NCBI GenBank assembly: GCA_964548975.1
Contig: CAZJTS010000001.1
Span: forward strand, 1 to 35,600
Direction of reading: 5' to 3'
DNA: 35,600 bases
Source of the DNA: an uncultured Fastidiosipila sp.
Lineage (GTDB): Bacteria; Bacillota; Clostridia; Saccharofermentanales; Fastidiosipilaceae
Part shown: positions 25,142 through 33,609 of the stretch, one piece after another
Layout: every line of letters begins with the position of its first letter
How positions within the stretch are numbered: position 1 is the stretch's first letter
The notes under the pieces: generated by a model
What the model saw: only the letters and a program-made list of their open reading frames with translations
Told to the model about the DNA's origin: nothing
The model's database searches: none
Position numbers and translations under genes: made by a program

Positions 25142-26025
25142 CGGATAGTTTTGCCAGACTGCACCCGGCCGGACAATTCGTCTATTATGCGATTGTCTTG
25201 GGTCTAAGTATGGTGTTGAGGCACCCGGCGACGGTTCTCATAGCGTGGCTGGGTGTCTGTTTGGCGCTATTGCCGCATATCGATGAGGGCAAGCGCTGGC
25301 GTACTTTTTTGTTACCATTCTTCTTTGCTATTCCGACAACCATTCTCAATGCGCTCTTTCGCCATTACGGCGTTCACGTTCTCTGGACCTTCCCGTCCGG
25401 CAACTGGCTGACGCTGGAGTCGATTCTGGACGGTGCCCAGGCCGGCCTCCGCCTCGGGGTCGTGATGCTCTGGTTCATTCATATGTATAAGTCGCTGGAA
25501 ACCGACCGGATTCTCTACCTCTTCTCACCGTTTCCGGTGTTTTCGTTGCTGCTGACCCTGACTCTGGGCTATCTGCCCCGCTTCTCTCGCGAAGCCGAGC
25601 AACTGGCCGCGGTCCAGAAAGTAGCGGACGGCGAAACGACGGCCCCACTCAAAGTGCGTTTCCGTCGACAGGCGGCGCTTTTGGCCTCGCTCAGCGGCTG
25701 GGCGTTGGAGAGCTCGATCGTCACAGCGGATGCCATGCAGGCCAGAGGTCTGGGGATCAGCGGCCGCAAAACCCGCTATCAGCTATACCGCTGGAGTGGC
25801 CGAGATAGCCGTTTCATGGGGATCGCGCTCGTGCTGACCGCTACAACGATCTGGCTCACGAGCCGGGGGCACCTTGATGCGGCCTTTCACCCCTTTCTCT
25901 ACCTGCCGCGCTGGAACAGCGGCGATCTTTTGGTGTTTATTCTGAGCAGTCTGCTCTTCTGTTTCGCATTTCTGATCAATCTGGGAGGGACCTTACGCTG
26001 GCATTACTCGCAACAGAACATCTGA
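25138..26025 (+). CDS. ecfT: ECF transporter transmembrane (T) component, EcfT/CbiQ family
   Basis: Polytopic membrane protein with cytoplasmic coupling-helix motifs (LPRFSREAEQL, ADAMQARGLG, the latter an Ala-Arg-Gly motif). Its ATG overlaps the upstream stop (ATGA at 25138-25141). It is followed by the ECF ATPase. Confidence 0.8.
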   Translation: MTDSFARLHPAGQFVYYAIVLGLSMVLRHPATVLIAWLGVCLALLPHIDEGKRWRTFLLPFFFAIPTTILNALFRHYGVHVLWTFPSGNWLTLESILDGAQAGLRLGVVMLWFIHMYKSLETDRILYLFSPFPVFSLLLTLTLGYLPRFSREAEQLAAVQKVADGETTAPLKVRFRRQAALLASLSGWALESSIVTADAMQARGLGISGRKTRYQLYRWSGRDSRFMGIALVLTATTIWLTSRGHLDAAFHPFLYLPRWNSGDLLVFILSSLLFCFAFLINLGGTLRWHYSQQNI

Positions 26026-27644
26026 CATTCGCTTACCCCGAGCAGCCCCCGCTCTGGCAAGACCTGACCTTCGAACTCCCTCGAGGCAGTTTCACCCTGC
26101 TCGCCGGCAGTGGCGGCAGCGGGAAGTCGACCCTGCTGAGGCACTTGATCCACAAGCTTGAACCCCACGGGCGCAAATCAGGCAAGATTCTTTTCGAAGG
26201 CACAAACTTAGCAGAAGTCCCTGCTGCAGACAGAGTACGCACGATCGCGTTCGTCATGCAAAATCCCGACGACCAGATAGTCTCGGACAGCGTTTGGCAT
26301 GAACTGGCTTTTGGCCTCGAGCAGCAGGGCATTGCTCCGGCAGAGATGCGCCTTCGGATCGCTGAAATGGCGAACTTCTTCGGCATGCAGACCTGGTTCA
26401 CCAGGAAATGCCGCGAGCTCTCCGGTGGCCAGAAGCAACTGCTGAATCTGGCTTCGGTACTTGTTTTGAAACCCGAGCTCCTGATCCTTGACGAGCCCTG
26501 CGCCCAGCTCGACCCGATAGCAGCGGACGAATTCGTCCACATGCTGCAACGTGTCAATCGCGAGCTCGGCGTCACCATTGTCCTGACCGACCACCGCCAG
26601 CAGCTCATCCTGCCCCTCGCAGACCGGGTGCTGCTCTTGGCGAACGGCAGCTTGCGAACTTTCCCTTCCGCGAAGGCTTACGCGAGCTTCTTGTTGGAGA
26701 CAAACTCGGCTTTGGCCAAAGCCCTGCCCGCCGCGGCCCGCATCAGCTATGTCGTGAATCCCGCCAGGCTGACCCTGGAACTCCGCACCGTTCGAGAATT
26801 GCTCAGAGAAGCATTTGCTAAAGCGCCTTGGGAAACCGAGGACCTCACTGAAACGACGCATGAGCCGGCAATCCTGGGCCATCTAAAAGAACTAAGCTTC
26901 GCCTACGGCAAGAACGCGCCCCTGGTGTTGGACCGCCTGTCACTGGCTATTCCTCGTCAGCGGATCTTGGCGATCCTGGGCGGGAACGGCAGCGGCAAGT
27001 CCACACTGATGCACACCATCGCCGGCCTGAACCGGGTACAGAGCGGCAAAATCCGCTGGACGAATGGCCGCCCGCGTATAGCGCTATTGCCGCAGAACGC
27101 CCGACTGCTGTTCACCGAGGAGACCGTGCTCGCCCAACTTGAGGCGGTCAGAGCGGCGCAGTCCTCGGAGGAACGCGCCAGAGTTCAGGACCTCCTCGCG
27201 ATCGACTCTGCCGAAGAATTACTGGACCGCCTCGGTCTTAAGGAACGTATGAATTACCACCCCGCCGACCTATCCGGCGGCGAGTTGCAGCGGGCTGCAC
27301 TGGCGGTGACGCTTTTACAAGGGGCGGAACTCCTGCTGCTGGACGAGCCGAGCAAAGGCCTGGATGCCGAAGCGGCCGCCCAATTGGCCGAGATCTTACA
27401 TCAGCTCTGCGAGCGCGGCATCACGATCGTCTTCGTGTCTCACGACCTGGATTTCTGTGCGGAACATGCCGACAGCTGTGCGCTGCTTTTCCAGGGAGAT
27501 ATCGTTGCGCTGGCTGTGCCTCGGCAGTTTTTCAGCGGCCATTATTTCTATACCACGGATGCTTCGAGAATCGCCCAGGGCTTCCTCGACGGCCAAATCA
27601 CGGTAGAGGAGGTCTGTGCCGCATGGCAGAACCGACACAGCTGA
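25998..27644 (+). CDS. Fused tandem ECF ATPase (EcfA-EcfA', YkoD-like duplicated NBD); the start codon is non-canonical and uncertain
   Basis: There are two NBDs. NBD1 has Walker A GSGGSGKST (26110-26136), signature LSGGQKQ and Walker B LLILDEP. NBD2 has GGNGSGKST, LSGGELQ and LLLLDEP. The track start (TTG 26145) lies downstream of the first Walker A. Between the in-frame stop at 25875-25877 and 26145 there is no ATG, GTG or TTG. The candidates are CTG 25998 (SD GGGAGG at 25983-25988) and CTG 26022 (CTGA overlap with the ecfT stop). Confidence 0.75.
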   Translation: MALLATEHLTFAYPEQPPLWQDLTFELPRGSFTLLAGSGGSGKSTLLRHLIHKLEPHGRKSGKILFEGTNLAEVPAADRVRTIAFVMQNPDDQIVSDSVWHELAFGLEQQGIAPAEMRLRIAEMANFFGMQTWFTRKCRELSGGQKQLLNLASVLVLKPELLILDEPCAQLDPIAADEFVHMLQRVNRELGVTIVLTDHRQQLILPLADRVLLLANGSLRTFPSAKAYASFLLETNSALAKALPAAARISYVVNPARLTLELRTVRELLREAFAKAPWETEDLTETTHEPAILGHLKELSFAYGKNAPLVLDRLSLAIPRQRILAILGGNGSGKSTLMHTIAGLNRVQSGKIRWTNGRPRIALLPQNARLLFTEETVLAQLEAVRAAQSSEERARVQDLLAIDSAEELLDRLGLKERMNYHPADLSGGELQRAALAVTLLQGAELLLLDEPSKGLDAEAAAQLAEILHQLCERGITIVFVSHDLDFCAEHADSCALLFQGDIVALAVPRQFFSGHYFYTTDASRIAQGFLDGQITVEEVCAAWQNRHS

Positions 27645-28363
27645 ATCGCTACGGCGTCCCGGTCCTCATCGGTCTGATTGTGACAACGTTGGTCTTGTGG
27701 TGGCGCTTCTTCCCGGAGCAGTACTTCCTGGCGATCACGCTCCTGCTGGGGGAATGTCTGCTTTTGTGGATCGTTTACCTGGAGAAAATCCGCCCGCAGG
27801 CGCGGGAGATCGCCCTGATGGCGGCATTGGCGACCCTGGGAATTGCAGGGCGGGCCCTGTTCTTCTTCGTTCCCCAGGTTAAGCCGACCGCAGCCATTGT
27901 CCTGATCAGCGGGCTGGTGCTCGGGCACGTGCCGGGCTTCACGGTCGGCTTGCTGACGATGTTCCTGTCGAACTTTCTCTTTGGCCAATCGATCAACACG
28001 CCCTTCCAGATGCTCGGCATGGGGCTGGTCGGCCTGATCGCCGGGCTCCTGGCCGGAAGGCGGACGCTTTCCGCTCTACAAACCGCAATTCTCGGCTTTA
28101 TCCTGACGTTTTTCGTCTACGGCCTGGCGGTCGATACCGGCAGTGTCCTCTTCCTCGCGCGCTGGCAGGGTGCGGTCGGGGTGTGGCCGGTCTATCTGGC
28201 GGGCATACCTTTCAATCTGGTGCATGCCGGAGCCACCGCGGTCTTCGCCCTTTTCCTCTACCCGTTCCTGACCCGGCAACTCAAACGCATCTGCCGGAAG
28301 TACGGGCTTTTCAGTCAGCGCAGTAGGAATACTGACCCAGAGCCCTCAGTACTGGAGCAATGA
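27623..28363 (+). CDS. ECF transporter S (substrate-capture) component-like membrane protein; corrinoid specificity is inferred from context only
   Basis: 246-aa all-helical membrane protein with S-component-like segments (REIALMAALATLGIAGRALFFFVPQVKPTAAIVLISGLVLGHVPGFTVGLLTMFLSNFLFG). It overlaps the 3' end of the ATPase gene by 22 nt. SD GAGGAGG at 27606-27612. Confidence 0.6.
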   Translation: MAEPTQLNRYGVPVLIGLIVTTLVLWWRFFPEQYFLAITLLLGECLLLWIVYLEKIRPQAREIALMAALATLGIAGRALFFFVPQVKPTAAIVLISGLVLGHVPGFTVGLLTMFLSNFLFGQSINTPFQMLGMGLVGLIAGLLAGRRTLSALQTAILGFILTFFVYGLAVDTGSVLFLARWQGAVGVWPVYLAGIPFNLVHAGATAVFALFLYPFLTRQLKRICRKYGLFSQRSRNTDPEPSVLEQ

Positions 28364-28372
28364 CAAGCAAAG

Positions 28373-28381
28373 TGATAAAAT
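28373..28381 (+). promoter_or_regulatory. Candidate extended -10 promoter element upstream of the MoxR gene
   Basis: TGaTAAAAT is seen, with TG at 28373-28374 and the -10 at 28376-28381. I see no convincing -35. It is followed directly by the inverted repeat TAGATTA-TC-TAATCTA (28386-28401). Confidence 0.3.
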
Positions 28382-28428
28382 AGTCTAGATTATCTAATCT
28401 ATCCATAACTAAGAAAGGAAACTTTCCC

Positions 28429-29376
28429 ATGGATCCACAACAGATTAAAACCGCAATTGACAAGATCCGCCGCAATGTCCAGAGTGTCGTGATCGGCCAG
28501 AATAAGGCTATCGAGCTTCTTATCGTCGCTCTGGTGAGCCGCGGACATGTACTGCTGGAGGACGTTCCCGGTATCGGTAAGACCACGTTGGCCTCGGCTT
28601 TGGCCAGATCATTGAATCTCGACTTCGGCCGTATCCAGTTCACCCCGGACGTTATGCCCTCCGACATTACCGGATTCAATATGTATAACCCCAAGGTGGG
28701 GGAATTCACCTTCCACCCCGGCGCGATCATGGCAAATCTCGTGCTGGCCGATGAGATCAACCGTTCCTCACCGAAAACCCAGTCCTCACTGCTCGAAGCG
28801 ATGCAGGACCGCCAGGTCACGGTGGACGGTGTCTCTTACAAACTCCCTGAACCCTTCATGGTCGTTGCGACCCAGAATGCGGTCGAGCAGATCGGCACCT
28901 ATCCCCTGCCCGAGGCGCAGCTGGACCGTTTCATGATCAAGTCGAATCTGCGCTATCCCTCCGCCGCTGAGGAGGTCGAGATTTACCAGATGCATGCCGG
29001 GCACTCGCCTTTGGCCGACATGGATGCCGTGATCTCCGCCAGCGAAGTCGTCAAGCTCCAGGAAGAAGCGATCGGCATCTATGTAGCGCCCGCCCTCTAC
29101 GATTACGTGGCGAAACTGGCCCAGGAAACCCGCCGTCACAAGCAGGTTCAGCTCGGCGTCAGTCCGCGTGGTGCCTTGATGCTTGTCCAGGCGGCCAAAG
29201 GCCGGGCCCTCATCGAAGGCCGCGACTACGTGTTGCCCGATGACATTCACTACCTGGCGCCTTACTGTATGGCCCACCGAATGATCCTCCATAGCGACAG
29301 CGAACTGGCCGGGGCATCAACCCTGCAGGTCATCGACCAGATTATCAAGAGCACGCCCGTACCGCGTCAGTCCTGA
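28429..29376 (+). CDS. MoxR-family AAA+ ATPase
   Basis: Walker A EDVPGIGKTTLA, Walker B LVLADEINRSSPKTQSSLLEAMQDRQVTVDG, and VVATQN sensor region. The size (315 aa) and layout are typical of MoxR (AAA_3) proteins. Confidence 0.9.
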   Translation: MDPQQIKTAIDKIRRNVQSVVIGQNKAIELLIVALVSRGHVLLEDVPGIGKTTLASALARSLNLDFGRIQFTPDVMPSDITGFNMYNPKVGEFTFHPGAIMANLVLADEINRSSPKTQSSLLEAMQDRQVTVDGVSYKLPEPFMVVATQNAVEQIGTYPLPEAQLDRFMIKSNLRYPSAAEEVEIYQMHAGHSPLADMDAVISASEVVKLQEEAIGIYVAPALYDYVAKLAQETRRHKQVQLGVSPRGALMLVQAAKGRALIEGRDYVLPDDIHYLAPYCMAHRMILHSDSELAGASTLQVIDQIIKSTPVPRQS

Positions 29377-29393
29377 GTAGATAAGGTACCGGC

Positions 29394-30905
29394 ATGAGTG
29401 GACGTTTCCTCCTCTATCTGATCCTGGTAGGGATCACTTACGCTATTTACAGTTTCACAGCTTATTCCCCTATGCTCTTTTTGCTGATTCTGTTGCTGGC
29501 GTTGCCTGTCTGCTCATTTATTCTTCTCTTTATCAGCCGCTTTTTCGTGCGTGTTGAGTTGACTTCGGCCAAAACCCAGGTCTACCGTCTGGAGCCCTTC
29601 GCACTGGCCCTCCGCATTCAGAATCGCGGCCCCTTTTTCTTTCCTTTGGTCAGAATCGAATTCAATCTCCCCCGCCGGGACGACCATCTGTTGCCTGAGA
29701 AAGACTGGCATGCCGGTATCGAAACCGCATCTGAGGATGTCCATTTCTTCAATGAATATCTGGGCTGGGAGGGTGAAGCACAGGCGGAACCGGATCTGGA
29801 GAAGAACCCGGAGAGTCGGGCCAGATCCGTGGATCGCCGAAAAACCTGGCGCCTCTACCCCACCCCCCACATGACTTATATACGCAAAATTCTGACCGCA
29901 GTAGTGCCGCAACGAAGTACCAGTTTCCAGGAAATCGTCATGTCTGCGCGTAATAAGGGCATTTATGCTGTCGGCACAGACTCGATCCTGCTCCAGGACC
30001 TCTTCGGTTTCTTCTATCTGCCTTTACCGAGAGCTTCACGCGTCGACAAGGCCAGCGGCATAGTCAATACGCTGGTCGAGATCGAGGTCCTGCCCAATCC
30101 TTTCCGTTGGCAATCGCCGGGTGCCGGTAAGCTCCGGGCTCCTGAAGAAGTGCTGATGAATACCCAGAATCTGAAAGTCTCTAATGAAGTGGATTCACTG
30201 GCCAATGTCCGTGACTTCGTCCCGGGCGACCGCATCAAGCAGATCCACTGGAAACTTTCCGCCCGCGGCGGCAAATGGCTCTCCCGTGAGTTCGAAGACC
30301 CCCGCCAGGGCGGTATTCTTTTCGTCATTGACCCGAAACTGCCTGATGATTGTATAAAACCCTTAAACTACAGCAATGAAGTGCCTGAGATCATGGCCTC
30401 GACGATGCGGGCTTTGTCCCGTACCGAAGGGCCGTTGAATCTCTTGATGGGCGACGACTACTTCACAGCGCCCGGCGAAGGACTTGAGCCCATTAGCTTC
30501 TACAGGGCGATGATGCTGTGGAAACCCCAGATCCGTCACGACGATTTCCGCCTCCGTTCTGCAGAAACAAAGCTGGCCTGTCAGGTGATGCAAAACCGCA
30601 TGGTCCTCTCCGATATGCTCCGCAAAGAAACCAAGAATAAACGCTACCGGGCGATCGTCATTATCACGGCCCGGATGAGCGAGCCCCTATCCAGCGAGAT
30701 CCGCCGCGTCCAGAAGCTCGGTAGCCAGGTCTTGCTGATCTTCCTACATAATGAAACCAAAGCGTATTTAGATGAGATGCTGAGGCCCTTAGCCGTAGCG
30801 AAAATCCGTCTCTTCCCCACGCGCCTTCAGTCCCTCATTCCTTATGCTGAGGTAGAAAAACATCCGGATCTTGCCGTCAGACCCGGCAGCAGGAGGAGCG
30901 GCTGA
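29394..30905 (+). CDS. DUF58-domain protein with two N-terminal TM helices
   Basis: The family-defining block VRDFVPGDRIKQIHWKLSARGGKWLSREFE is present. It sits in the canonical position right after MoxR. Confidence 0.85.
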   Translation: MSGRFLLYLILVGITYAIYSFTAYSPMLFLLILLLALPVCSFILLFISRFFVRVELTSAKTQVYRLEPFALALRIQNRGPFFFPLVRIEFNLPRRDDHLLPEKDWHAGIETASEDVHFFNEYLGWEGEAQAEPDLEKNPESRARSVDRRKTWRLYPTPHMTYIRKILTAVVPQRSTSFQEIVMSARNKGIYAVGTDSILLQDLFGFFYLPLPRASRVDKASGIVNTLVEIEVLPNPFRWQSPGAGKLRAPEEVLMNTQNLKVSNEVDSLANVRDFVPGDRIKQIHWKLSARGGKWLSREFEDPRQGGILFVIDPKLPDDCIKPLNYSNEVPEIMASTMRALSRTEGPLNLLMGDDYFTAPGEGLEPISFYRAMMLWKPQIRHDDFRLRSAETKLACQVMQNRMVLSDMLRKETKNKRYRAIVIITARMSEPLSSEIRRVQKLGSQVLLIFLHNETKAYLDEMLRPLAVAKIRLFPTRLQSLIPYAEVEKHPDLAVRPGSRRSG

Positions 30906-33547
30906 TGAGAGAAAGAACCTTCATGCCCAGAATCCGTAATCAAGTGCTTTTATTCGTAATGAGCTATATCTTTGCCTTCAGCTTAGCCATGCTCGCTACG
31001 GAAGTCTTCCGCCTGCCTGTCACAGCCGGTCAGAATCTGCTGGGCACCTTTGTCACGCTCTTCATCCTGACCGTTCTCTTCTTCAATCCGACCACGACCA
31101 TAGTGACATTTATCGTCGCAGGTCTGGGGGGACTGCTCTTACTCCTCACCCCGCTTCGCGAAAACGAGTGGGTCACCGAGCGGCTTGAGCCTTTAGGCGA
31201 ACGCCTGACTTTGGCCCTGGCACAGGGACAACGTTTCTTAGAGGAAGGTTTCTCCTACTTCAATTCCTTCTCAACTTCACTCACAGAAAGAGAGCAGGAC
31301 GCCTTTAAACTCCTTGCCTCTCTGATCCTCCTCATTACCACCATCCTGACTTTCCTCATGATCCAGAAACTCAGGACCTATTGGATCCCCCTCTTCCTGG
31401 TCATACTTCTGATTCCCTTAGCTATTTACTCGGGCAGCAATTTCGCGCTCGTCTGGCTGATCCCGCTGGCCCTCGTCAGCATCGCGATGATTCTCCTGAG
31501 CTCCGGTCACCTACTGGATCTTTTGCGCAAAAAGAACGGCATCAAGCACCTGCTGGCCGCAGGCGGTCAAATGGGCGTTGCAGTCATCCTGGCACTGGTC
31601 GTTGCATTCCTTGCAACGGGTTTCCTGAACTATCAGAAGATCTATTCTCCCTATTGGCAGGGTGTGGTCGATGACCTCGTTACGCTTCTACCCGAGTCAT
31701 TTCAGGCCCCGCTCTCCATCAGTCCCTTCTCCATCGGTGACGATGGCTATTATCCGCTTACCAACCGTTTAGGCGGTCCCGTTGTCCTCGAAGACAACGA
31801 GGTTGCAAGTGTCGTTGGTAACGTACCGGGTCTATTGAAAGTCCAGAGCTCAGACTTTTACGATGGTCAACGTTGGCAACGGCTTGTCAACAACCCCAAT
31901 TTCCGTTACTCATCGCCTTTCAACGGCGGTGCCGAAACCCTGGTTTTCAATCCGCTTGAACCGCCCGAGTTCTTCGATCTGCTGGATGGCGCTTCGGCTG
32001 AAGATGTCTACAATAACTATGACTATACCCTGACCCCCTTACGTCAGGGATCGCAGTTACTCTTCTTGAACGGCACCCCGACGAATCTGGTCTCTTCGCG
32101 AGAAGAAGCCATGCTCTTCTACTTCAATCAGGCAGGTGCCGTGTACGCACGAACAGTCTTCGATAACCAGCACGCTTACAGTGTCGAAAGCTATGATATC
32201 AATCCCAACCGTCTCGGCTTCGCCGCTACACCGGGCAGCGTATCTTTGTCAGAGCTGGACCGCGCAGCTGCGGAATTCCAAGCTGCCGGACTGACACTGC
32301 CGAACCACGACAATGCCTACGATAACTACCTGCAGGTTCCCGGCACCTCCGCCTATCAGCCCGGTGGGGTGGTATATGAAACCGCTCTTGAGCTGACCGA
32401 TGGTCTCCCGGGAAATTACGCAAAAGCAAAGTCGCTCCTCAGTTACTTCACCGAGAATCCCGAATTCTCTTACACACTGGAACCGACTGTACCGCCGGCC
32501 GATACGGATTTCGTCGCTTATTTCTTGAACACGAAGATCGGCTACTGTACCTATTACGCCACCGGCCTCACCATGCTGGCCCGCTTGAGCGGCATCCCGG
32601 CGCGTTACGTCGAAGGCTACGCCCTTACCTCAGAGAACTACGAAGAGTTGAGTCTGGGCGAAGAATCGATGCTCAACTCCGAAAATGCGCACGCCTGGAC
32701 CGAAGTCTATCTCGACGGCTTAGGTTGGGTCCCCCTCGATCCGACCCCGGGCGGCGTCCTCGGTGAAGGTTTTGAAGAACCCGAACCTACCCCGCCGGTC
32801 GAGCCTACAACTACCCCGACTACTACGGAAGAACCGACTACCACAACCGAAGAACCGACAACATCAACCAGTGAGGACGAGTTCGAGCCGACCACTTCAC
32901 CGACCACAATCGAACCGACCACCGCGGCTAAAGAGGATCGTCCTCCCAGTGAAATACTACGTATCCTGGGTAGAATTCTACTGGTCCTACTTCTGCTTGC
33001 CCTGCTGGTCTTCCTCGCCTGGTTCTACTATAAGAAGCGCGTCGAGCACTTCCAGAATATCCATAACCGCACCTGGCTTGAGGCCAAAATCCCGGACGGC
33101 AAGAAGCTTGCTAATTTCTACTGGAAAGAGCTGCTCAGTATCCAGAGACTCTCCTCCGAATACCTGCCGGGCACCAGCCTGACCGAGCACGAAATTGCCG
33201 ACACTTTGGACGCTGCCCAGCAAGAGAGTCCCGTAGAGCCTGAGGTTGTTGAACCGGCCCCTGAGACCGACCCGACTGAAGATCCGGAAGCGATCTATCG
33301 TCCGGAGCATCAGCCGCCGGTGAAGCCGGAATCCGCAGCCCCGGAAAGCAGCACTGATCTCGGCTTCTGGACACCTTTGGCCGGTATCGTGGCTGAAGCT
33401 CGTTATCGCGGTCAGGACATGCCGATCGAGCGACTGGCGCCTTTGGCCGACGCTTTCGACCGGGCGGAGACAGACCTCAGAAAAGAGCTCGGTGAAGCAG
33501 GCTACATCAGGAAGCGACTGCTCCCACCGACACAAGGTAAAATCTAG
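30905..33547 (+). CDS. Transglutaminase-like membrane protein (TgpA-like architecture)
   Basis: The ATG overlaps the DUF58 stop (TGATG at 30903-30907). A multi-TM N-terminus is followed by an extracytoplasmic domain. That domain carries a transglutaminase-core Cys/His/Asp triad context (GYCTYYATG, NAHAWTEVY, WVPLDPTP). A PT-rich linker, one further TM helix and an acidic cytoplasmic tail complete the protein. Confidence 0.85.
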   Translation: MRERTFMPRIRNQVLLFVMSYIFAFSLAMLATEVFRLPVTAGQNLLGTFVTLFILTVLFFNPTTTIVTFIVAGLGGLLLLLTPLRENEWVTERLEPLGERLTLALAQGQRFLEEGFSYFNSFSTSLTEREQDAFKLLASLILLITTILTFLMIQKLRTYWIPLFLVILLIPLAIYSGSNFALVWLIPLALVSIAMILLSSGHLLDLLRKKNGIKHLLAAGGQMGVAVILALVVAFLATGFLNYQKIYSPYWQGVVDDLVTLLPESFQAPLSISPFSIGDDGYYPLTNRLGGPVVLEDNEVASVVGNVPGLLKVQSSDFYDGQRWQRLVNNPNFRYSSPFNGGAETLVFNPLEPPEFFDLLDGASAEDVYNNYDYTLTPLRQGSQLLFLNGTPTNLVSSREEAMLFYFNQAGAVYARTVFDNQHAYSVESYDINPNRLGFAATPGSVSLSELDRAAAEFQAAGLTLPNHDNAYDNYLQVPGTSAYQPGGVVYETALELTDGLPGNYAKAKSLLSYFTENPEFSYTLEPTVPPADTDFVAYFLNTKIGYCTYYATGLTMLARLSGIPARYVEGYALTSENYEELSLGEESMLNSENAHAWTEVYLDGLGWVPLDPTPGGVLGEGFEEPEPTPPVEPTTTPTTTEEPTTTTEEPTTSTSEDEFEPTTSPTTIEPTTAAKEDRPPSEILRILGRILLVLLLLALLVFLAWFYYKKRVEHFQNIHNRTWLEAKIPDGKKLANFYWKELLSIQRLSSEYLPGTSLTEHEIADTLDAAQQESPVEPEVVEPAPETDPTEDPEAIYRPEHQPPVKPESAAPESSTDLGFWTPLAGIVAEARYRGQDMPIERLAPLADAFDRAETDLRKELGEAGYIRKRLLPPTQGKI

Positions 33548-33555
33548 TCAACCTG

Positions 33556-33586
33556 GGGCTTGTCCACTAAGACAAGCCCTTTATTT
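33556..33586 (+). terminator. Rho-independent terminator after the transglutaminase gene
   Basis: GGGCTTGTC (33556-33564) pairs with GACAAGCCC (33571-33579) across the loop CACTAA. It is followed by TTTATTT. Confidence 0.8.
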
Positions 33587-33609
33587 AACAGTTAACAAGG
33601 AGACAGACT

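Noticed and set aside
26145-27644. Track start (TTG 26145) for the ECF ATPase
   Set aside because: Starting there would remove the first Walker A motif and the N-terminal beta-strand, both clearly encoded in frame upstream. I extended the CDS to a non-canonical start instead.
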